DNA of 64,000 nt, taken from contig JAKJBX010000003.1 in the NCBI GenBank assembly GCA_022706765.1, forward strand, positions 10,291 to 74,290, given 5' to 3'. The position numbers and the translations under genes are program-made. The notes beneath the pieces were generated by a model. It made no database searches and had not been told where the DNA came from. It was given only the letters and a program-made list of their open reading frames with translations. Positions 57,761 through 64,000 of this stretch are shown piece by piece. Every line of letters starts with the position of its first letter. The first letter of the stretch is position 1. The stretch is from Bacillota bacterium (GTDB lineage Bacteria; Bacillota; Clostridia; Monoglobales; Firm-18).

Positions 57761-58477
57761 ATGACAAAGGATTTGACACAGCGTATGAAAAAGCTGATAA
57801 TTATCCCGGTTTTTAACGAAGAGGCAAACATCAGCATTGTGCTGAGTGAGCTGAAAAGTAAATGTCCGGATACGGATATTCTGATCATCGACGACGGCTC
57901 CACCGATGCGTCGTATAAGGTGTGTGTGGATACCCGGGCGTGCGAGATCATCAGGCTGCCCATGAACCTCGGCATCGGCGGCGCACGGCAGACAGGATTT
58001 AAGTATGCGCTGAACATGGAATATGATGTCGTCATTCAAATGGACGGCGACGGACAGCATGATCCGGCTGACATCAATGCGATGGTTGCGGAAATCGAAA
58101 ACGGCACGGACCTGTGCATCGGTTCCCGTTTTATCAAATACGAGGGCTTTCAGTCCTCATTTACCAGAAGACTCGGTATTTCCGTCATTTATAATTTGAT
58201 CAAAATGATCACAGGCAAGCGCATCACTGACCCGACATCGGGATACAGGGCTTGCAGCAGGGCGGCGATCGCATTGTTTGCCCGGGAGTATCCGCATGAT
58301 TATCCCGAGCCGGAGTCGATCATCACCGCCGCAAAAAACAAATTGGTCATCAAGGAAATCCCCGTGACCATGAATGCAAGGATCAACGGCAAGTCAACCA
58401 TCGGCGGTTCTGATTCGGTTTACTTTATGATAAAAATCACCTTGGCGATTTTAATCGACGCTATGTCGAAAAAATGA
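57761..58477 (+). CDS. family 2 glycosyltransferase (polyprenol-phosphate sugar transferase, GtrB/DPM1-like)
   Basis: IIIPVFNEEANI, IIDDGSTD, QMDGDGQHDP motifs. ATG 57785 is an alternative start. Confidence 0.85.
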   Translation: MTKDLTQRMKKLIIIPVFNEEANISIVLSELKSKCPDTDILIIDDGSTDASYKVCVDTRACEIIRLPMNLGIGGARQTGFKYALNMEYDVVIQMDGDGQHDPADINAMVAEIENGTDLCIGSRFIKYEGFQSSFTRRLGISVIYNLIKMITGKRITDPTSGYRACSRAAIALFAREYPHDYPEPESIITAAKNKLVIKEIPVTMNARINGKSTIGGSDSVYFMIKITLAILIDAMSKK

Positions 58478-58505
58478 CCGCATTGCCATTTAGGGAGGGT
58501 TGTTT

Positions 58506-58865
58506 ATGCTTGATTACCGGCTGCAAATCGTGTTGCTTTCCGCGACATTATCGTTTTTGATTTATATCATCGACATGGTCAGGAATAAGCGCTTGGAGCT
58601 GCACTATATCATCATTTGGCTGTTTTCGGCGATCGCTTTGATCGTGATCACCATCCTGCCCGGTGCGCTTCATTTGATTTCACAGCTTTTGCATATTCAG
58701 GAGCCTGTAAACACCCTGTTTATGTCGCTGATTTTCTTTTTGATTATGATCATTTTTTCGCTGACCAAGATTTTATCTAAGAACTTTGTTCGTGTCAGTA
58801 CGCTGGCACAGGAGCTCGGCATCGTCAAGCTTGAGATCGAGCAGCTTAAAAGACAGATGAAATAA
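58506..58865 (+). CDS. DUF2304 small membrane protein (usual GT2 partner)
   Basis: ATG 58506 is 6 nt after GGGAGGG. Three TM helices; VRNKRLELHYIIIWL motif; coiled C-terminus. Confidence 0.65.
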   Translation: MLDYRLQIVLLSATLSFLIYIIDMVRNKRLELHYIIIWLFSAIALIVITILPGALHLISQLLHIQEPVNTLFMSLIFFLIMIIFSLTKILSKNFVRVSTLAQELGIVKLEIEQLKRQMK

Positions 58866-58896
58866 CCCGGCACTTTTGTTATGGGAGGCAGACCGT

Positions 58897-60618
58897 TTGG
58901 ATAAGAAAATTAAGGTAATGCTGTCAACGGAGGGGACGTATCCTTTTCATCAGGGCGGTGTCAGCACATGGTGCGACATCCTTGTCAATCAGCTTGAAAA
59001 TGTTGATTACACCGTGTACAGCCTGATGATGAATCCGTTTATATCGCAAATATTCGATTTGCCAAGCTCGGCAGAGCTTGTTAAAGTGCCGCTTTGGGGA
59101 ACGGAAGAACCGAGCGAATACCTTGATGTGCCGTTTTCAAAGGTCTACATATCCAAGCGCCGCACCACGGATTCGGTGATCCGTGAAAAATTCATCCCGC
59201 TTTTTCGCCAAATGATCAGTGAAATGCTGAGCCTTGAAAAAAAGCCGAGAAAGCTCGGCGAAGTGCTGCATAGCATGTACCTGTATTTTCAGGAATATGA
59301 ATATAAGAAGAGCTTCAAGTCCGGCATCGTGTGGGACGAATACAAATCTATCGTATACAGCTTTGCGGCGGTACCGGACAATGACATTGATATGCCCAGC
59401 GTCTACGACCTCATCCAAAGCCTCGGCTGGCTGTACCGCTTTATGGTGACGCTCAATACGCCCATCCCGAAAGCGGACGTCACCCATTCGGCGGCGGCAG
59501 CGTTTTGCGGCATCCCGTGCGTGCTCGCCAAAATCGAGAACAACACGCCCTATATGCTGACGGAACACGGCGTCTATATCAGGGAACAGTATCTGTCGCT
59601 GTCAAAGCGCGGTTACCCGTCCTACCTGAACACCTTTTTCATCAGGATGGTCAACTCTGTCATCAGTCTCAACTACGAGTACGCCGATGTGGTCGCGCCC
59701 GTCTGCCGGTATAACGTCAGGTGGGAGTCGCATTTCGGCGTGGAGGACGATAAGATCAACGTCATCTACAACGGCGTTGACACCGACCGCTTTGCGCCGA
59801 TGGAAAGCAAAAGAAAATACCGGCAGCCGACCGTGGTTTCGATCGCAAGGATAGACCCTTTAAAAGACATCATTTCGCTGATTGAGGCGACGGATCTTGT
59901 GCGCAGGGAGATTCCCGACATCAAGGTGTCGCTGTACGGCTCCGTTTCGGTCGAGGATTACTATGAGGAATGTCAAAAACGTGTCAGGGACCTTGGGCTG
60001 GAAGACCACTTCATCTTTGAGGGGCACACCAACAACGCCCCCGAGGCGTATAATTCCGGCGATATTGTCGCACTGTCAAGCATTTCCGAAGCCTTTCCCT
60101 ATTCCGTCGTCGAAGCGATGATGAGCGGGAAGCCGGTTGTGTCGACGGACGTCGGCGGTATTGCGGAGGCGCTTGGCGACTGCGGCGTTTTGGTGACGCC
60201 CCGTGCACCGGAGGAGCTTGCGCAGGGGATCATCACCTTCTTGAAAAACCCCGAAATGATCAAAGAAAAGGGCGAAAAGGCAAGAAAACGCGCCGTCGAA
60301 TATTTTTCTATTGAAAAAGTGCTGGAAAACCATTATAATTCATATATGAGGCTTGTGACCTCCGAACGTGAAATCAAAAAGGTGCTTCCGATTTCACTGC
60401 TGCAAAAGCAAAAGTTTTACGCCGAAAAGGGATATACGCTGCTTAATATGGGCTATGTCCGCGAGGCGATCGAGCAGTTCAGAGAGGCGGTTAACGCCTC
60501 GCCTGCCTCGCCGTCCGCACCCATACTGGTACTGGAAATCGCCAATTCCTACCGCAAGCTCGGCGAACACGACAAGGCGGAGCTTGAAATCTTGAAAAGC
60601 AGCGCTTTGACAGGCTGA
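58897..60618 (+). CDS. PelF-like family 4 glycosyltransferase (DUF3492 + Glycos_transf_1) with C-terminal TPR-like extension
   Basis: MLSTEGTYPFHQGGVSTWCDILVNQL compares with PelF LLLEGTWPYVRGGVSSWINQLI (recalled). GT4 EAFPYSVVEAMMSGKPVV; last about 80 aa TPR-like. TTG 58897 is 8 nt after GGGAGG. Confidence 0.75.
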   Translation: MDKKIKVMLSTEGTYPFHQGGVSTWCDILVNQLENVDYTVYSLMMNPFISQIFDLPSSAELVKVPLWGTEEPSEYLDVPFSKVYISKRRTTDSVIREKFIPLFRQMISEMLSLEKKPRKLGEVLHSMYLYFQEYEYKKSFKSGIVWDEYKSIVYSFAAVPDNDIDMPSVYDLIQSLGWLYRFMVTLNTPIPKADVTHSAAAAFCGIPCVLAKIENNTPYMLTEHGVYIREQYLSLSKRGYPSYLNTFFIRMVNSVISLNYEYADVVAPVCRYNVRWESHFGVEDDKINVIYNGVDTDRFAPMESKRKYRQPTVVSIARIDPLKDIISLIEATDLVRREIPDIKVSLYGSVSVEDYYEECQKRVRDLGLEDHFIFEGHTNNAPEAYNSGDIVALSSISEAFPYSVVEAMMSGKPVVSTDVGGIAEALGDCGVLVTPRAPEELAQGIITFLKNPEMIKEKGEKARKRAVEYFSIEKVLENHYNSYMRLVTSEREIKKVLPISLLQKQKFYAEKGYTLLNMGYVREAIEQFREAVNASPASPSAPILVLEIANSYRKLGEHDKAELEILKSSALTG

Positions 60619-60718
60619 TGATTTAAACCGACATGAGCGGATGGCTTTACAAAATTCCGACGGCAGGGGCTGTGTGTGTTCGACTCCCCTATGCCTACAT
60701 GAGAGAGGTGACACGTGA

Positions 60719-61150
60719 ATGCCTATTACAGACCGAATTACGCTTTTTGGTTACAGTGCTTTGGAGGTCGAGCAATACGTCCGGACCTTAGAGCAGGAGT
60801 ATGACACAAAGAAGAAGGAGCTCGAAGACACCATTGCCGCGCTTCAACAGGAGATCGAGGAGCTGAAAGAGCAGATCGAATTTCAGCGTGCCAACAAAAA
60901 GGTCGTCGTGAAAAAGCGTACCGTCAAGGCGCCTTCGTCCGACAGCAAGGAGGATAAAGCGATCATGCAGTCGCTTTATGATGCGCACATCAAGGCGACG
61001 GAAAAGGTGGCAAAGGTGCAGAAGAACATTTCCATGACGCTTGAAAAGCGCAAATCGCTGATTTTGCTTAGGGAAAAGAAGGCGAGTGAAATGAAAGCGG
61101 ATCTGCAAAACCTGATTGACTATATCGATTCTTTGGCTAAGGACTATTAG
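60719..61150 (+). CDS. DivIVA-like coiled-coil protein
   Basis: N-terminal LFGYSALEVEQYVRTL resembles the DivIVA FRGYDEDEVNEFL motif; remainder is heptad-rich. Confidence 0.55.
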   Translation: MPITDRITLFGYSALEVEQYVRTLEQEYDTKKKELEDTIAALQQEIEELKEQIEFQRANKKVVVKKRTVKAPSSDSKEDKAIMQSLYDAHIKATEKVAKVQKNISMTLEKRKSLILLREKKASEMKADLQNLIDYIDSLAKDY

Positions 61151-61165
61151 AAAGAGGCTATGCGT

Positions 61166-62233
61166 ATGAATAGAATCAATATCCCGACACGGCTGTTTGG
61201 TCTGAACAAACAAGACGTCTCCGAGCATATCGACAATCTTTCCAAAGACAGTCAGAAAAGCCTTGACGAGCTTGGCAGAGAGCTTGCCCGTTTGCAGAAA
61301 GAAAAAAGCAAACTGGAAACCGAGCTTTCGCAGGTCCAAAAGGAAGAGATTAAGTATGAGGATGAGATAGTCGAGTCGCCGGCGCAGCCGTCGGACAACA
61401 AGACGCTTGACGAAGCATACAAGCGCCTGGAAAAAACCGTTGCGCTTATCAATATGGTTGCGGATGAGGAATCGTCGCAGCTTGTTTCCAGTGCCAATAA
61501 AAAGATCGAAGAATACGACCGGATGATTCAGGGCTTGCAGGACGACATCGACGAGAAGAAAAAGCGCATCGAAGCGCTTTTGTCCAATGTTTTAGGCATC
61601 TTGAAGGCAAATGTCGACAACGTCACCTCTAAGATCAAAGATAAGGAAAAGCTTGGCAAGACCTTGGCTGATCCGGAGTCCCTGCGTGAAAAATTATCGC
61701 AATACATAGACGAAGACGTTGCGAAGGATGATGAGCTGCCGGTCACGAAAAAAGCCGCCATTACCGCCGACGGCACGTCGCTTTCGGGACTGCCCAAGCT
61801 TTTGATGTTCCAGAACAAGTATGGCATCAAACCCCGTGAAGGCAAAAAGACGGCGGAAGAGGAGCAGCTTTTGCCGGCTGATGAGCTGGAAGATTTCACT
61901 CGCAACCACGACGTGGATTTGGGAAGCGACCCCGCCGCGGGTCTTGATAAATGGTACGACGACATCCCCGACGAGTTTGGCGAGGTCTTGCAGCAAGCCG
62001 AGCAGCAGGCTGCCGTGCAGTCCGCTCCCGCCGCGTCCGAAGAGGAAGGACACGACATCAAAAAGATGCGTGACACGCTGATTATCGGCAAGGTCGCGGG
62101 CGAAAATATATTTGACGGTGAGAATAATATTATCATACCCAAAGGAAAGGTGCTTACCGAGGAGGATGTCGCTGTCGCCGAGAGAGAATCGAAGCTCGCG
62201 GAACTCATCATCAACATGTCGCTTCCGAAGTAA
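61166..62233 (+). CDS. DivIVA-like coiled-coil protein with acidic linker and small C-terminal module
   Basis: LFGLNKQDVSEHIDNL. Residues about 85-150 are paralogous to the N-terminal module of the EAL protein. ATG 61166 is 8 nt after AAAGAGG (ORF track 61160). Confidence 0.55.
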   Translation: MNRINIPTRLFGLNKQDVSEHIDNLSKDSQKSLDELGRELARLQKEKSKLETELSQVQKEEIKYEDEIVESPAQPSDNKTLDEAYKRLEKTVALINMVADEESSQLVSSANKKIEEYDRMIQGLQDDIDEKKKRIEALLSNVLGILKANVDNVTSKIKDKEKLGKTLADPESLREKLSQYIDEDVAKDDELPVTKKAAITADGTSLSGLPKLLMFQNKYGIKPREGKKTAEEEQLLPADELEDFTRNHDVDLGSDPAAGLDKWYDDIPDEFGEVLQQAEQQAAVQSAPAASEEEGHDIKKMRDTLIIGKVAGENIFDGENNIIIPKGKVLTEEDVAVAERESKLAELIINMSLPK

Positions 62234-62245
62234 GAGGTTATTGAT

Positions 62246-63853
62246 ATGACAGACAAACCGAATTACGAAATCATAGCAGAAGAGAGCATATTCAACAGCC
62301 TGATCAGCGACATTACGGAACGGCAGCCGTATCCCGAGAACTATTACGAAGTGGCGGCTGTTTTGGAGTCCATCGGCTGGAACGATGCGCGGGCGAACGC
62401 AACGTTTGGTATGGCGGATATTTTTGAGCTTGCTTCCGAGGTGTATAACGTCATCACCGAGGACGTCAGTTTTTCGACCTTTGAAGAAAAAAAGCAGCAC
62501 ACGCTGCCCCACAAAATTAACATCATTTTCAAGAGCTTTATTCGCGGCATGGTGTTTGCACTGCCGATGGCGATTTCAGTTTTTGCGATGCTGACGCTGC
62601 GGTTTTCGCTTTGGTCATATGAATTTTCATCGGTCGAGGTGGCGACCTGCATTGCTATCGGTACGATTTTTAGTTTTTTGACCGTCGGCGGATTTATGCA
62701 GGCGATCGCCCGACGTGGCTTTTTGTACCTACGCCAGGGCTATTACAACCTTGCGCGCAAAATCACGGTGTATTTTATCCGTTTAGGCTATGTGCTGACC
62801 GCCGTGATCCTTTTGTCGTTTCTGCTGTTTAATTTGGTGTTTGAGGCGTTCCCCATTGATATGGTCATGATCATCGTGCTGTACTACCTCTTTTTGTGCG
62901 CGATTTGGTTTTCCGTCACGGTCATGTATATATTGGAGCGTGAATTCACCTTCACGGCGCTGATCGTTGCAGGTATCGGCATCGTGTACCTTTTGTTCAA
63001 GGTGTTCGGGTTTGAAATCATCATTTCACAGATCATCGCACTGCTGATCGTGTCGGTAGCGGGCCTGCTGTTGATTTTTTACTTCTTTCACAAGGAAGAG
63101 AAGAAGATGGATAAAGGCATCGAGCCGTCGCTGCCGAAAAAGTCCATCACGCTATACACCACCTTTCCGTATTTTGCCTACGGGTTTTTATATTTTGCCT
63201 TTTTGTTTATGGACAGGATCATCGGCTGGTCGACCAACCAGTCGTATATGCCATACATCATTTGGTTCAGGGGCGCATACGAGCTTGGCTTGGACTTTGC
63301 GCTGCTGATGCTGATCGTTCCGATGGGCGCCTGCGAGGTCGTTGTCAGCAAGCTGATGGACGAGCTTGACGAGGGTCAGAAAAACGCTTTCGGTACGGAC
63401 TCCGTTGTTATCGGCAAGCAGTTTCAAAGGATTTATTTTAAAAGACTTTTGCTGGTTGCGGGCGTTGCGGTGCTGAGCGCACTGGTGACCTATTCCGTCG
63501 TGTGGTACTTTGAGATGCACCCACCGACCGACAACTTTCGCACAGGCTTTTTGAGCAACTATGTCACGCATTTCGTGCTGATCATCGGGCTTGTAAGCTA
63601 TGCGATCATCAGCTGCGCACTGATGAACTGCGTCACGCTGTTTTCGCTGTCACAACCCGAGATGGCGGGCAGGACGGTCCTGATCTCGCTGATCGTCAAT
63701 ATCGTGGTCGGCTTTTTGCTCAGCCGTTGGATCGACTATTACTATGCCGTTTTCGGACTGCTTGTCGGTTCGATCGTCTTTTTGATACTCAGCTCACGAA
63801 AAATTTTGCAGCTTTTCAAAAAACTGGACTATTACCTGTACTTCCAGGCATAA
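62246..63853 (+). CDS. 12-TM polytopic membrane protein with about 95-aa cytoplasmic N-terminal extension; possibly PelG-like/MOP-type exporter
   Basis: 12 hydrophobic segments counted by eye; position after a PelF-like gene. No sequence motif recognised, so the PelG call is contextual only. Confidence 0.45.
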   Translation: MTDKPNYEIIAEESIFNSLISDITERQPYPENYYEVAAVLESIGWNDARANATFGMADIFELASEVYNVITEDVSFSTFEEKKQHTLPHKINIIFKSFIRGMVFALPMAISVFAMLTLRFSLWSYEFSSVEVATCIAIGTIFSFLTVGGFMQAIARRGFLYLRQGYYNLARKITVYFIRLGYVLTAVILLSFLLFNLVFEAFPIDMVMIIVLYYLFLCAIWFSVTVMYILEREFTFTALIVAGIGIVYLLFKVFGFEIIISQIIALLIVSVAGLLLIFYFFHKEEKKMDKGIEPSLPKKSITLYTTFPYFAYGFLYFAFLFMDRIIGWSTNQSYMPYIIWFRGAYELGLDFALLMLIVPMGACEVVVSKLMDELDEGQKNAFGTDSVVIGKQFQRIYFKRLLLVAGVAVLSALVTYSVVWYFEMHPPTDNFRTGFLSNYVTHFVLIIGLVSYAIISCALMNCVTLFSLSQPEMAGRTVLISLIVNIVVGFLLSRWIDYYYAVFGLLVGSIVFLILSSRKILQLFKKLDYYLYFQA

Positions 63854-63874
63854 TGACGGGATGGAGGACGACTG

Positions 63875-64000
63875 ATGGGTGAGCTTTTGGCGGATAGCGC
63901 CGTATATTTGGTCAAGTGCCTGACGGCGTTTTTGGTTTTGTTCCTGCTGATTCCCCGTGTGATTTTCACCGAGGACGGCGAGGACGTGACCAAAGGCATT
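63875..64000 (+). CDS. 5' end of a further membrane protein gene (runs off window)
   Basis: GGAGG 7 nt before ATG 63875; MGELLADSAVYLVKCLTAFLVLFLLIPRVIF... hydrophobic N-terminus. Confidence 0.45.
   Translation, partial: MGELLADSAVYLVKCLTAFLVLFLLIPRVIFTEDGEDVTKGI

Overview
Clostridia-like (Firmicutes) chromosomal window, moderately GC-rich by eye. It holds about 57 protein genes, almost all on the + strand, and one tRNA-Leu(CAA). All calls come from motif recognition on the ORF track and raw sequence; no searches or folding were run, and several start codons were moved to the first start with a good Shine-Dalgarno (SD).

Gene content, left to right:
- Sugar-catabolism operon: LarA-like gene, aldose-1-epimerase-like gene, PMI-like cupin, class II aldolase.
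- feoAB.
- Two CUT1-type ABC permeases, then a frameshifted secreted heparinase II/III-like gene.
- Aconitase and icd; mfd; prsA-like; a secreted beta-propeller protein.
- FHA-rodA-PBP2; nfnAB-like; rplU-rpmA-obg.
- ccdA and a thioredoxin-like oxidoreductase.
- CIRCE-controlled hrcA-grpE-dnaK-dnaJ.
- OmpR-type two-component system; EF-G2 paralog; lipBA.
- nusB-(TsaD-like)-xseAB-ispA; galE.
- A 3' accessory block (52.9-64 kb): a LytTR/GHKL two-component system, a degenerate-GGDEF/EAL phosphodiesterase, a MORN protein, GT2+DUF2304, a PelF-like GT4 with a TPR tail, two DivIVA-like coiled-coil proteins and a 12-TM protein.

Two things stand out:
1. The long intergenic regions are mosaics of a few hairpin-forming repeat modules (families R1, R2, R3 here). 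R1 has at least 7 co-oriented copies whose stems co-vary. I cannot assign any of them to a known family.
2. The Pel-like, c-di-GMP-linked envelope locus has an unusual composition. The N-terminal DivIVA-like module of the phosphodiesterase recurs as stand-alone genes between the PelF-like and 12-TM genes.

Smaller oddities:
- A 26-bp perfect palindrome that carries both a promoter-like sequence and the SD of the FHA-rodA-PBP2 operon.
- A T7 homopolymer frameshift in the heparinase-like gene.
- Two unannotated small basic ORFs.
- L27 without the Prp-type N-terminal extension.
- A low-GC lipoprotein gene beside the tRNA.
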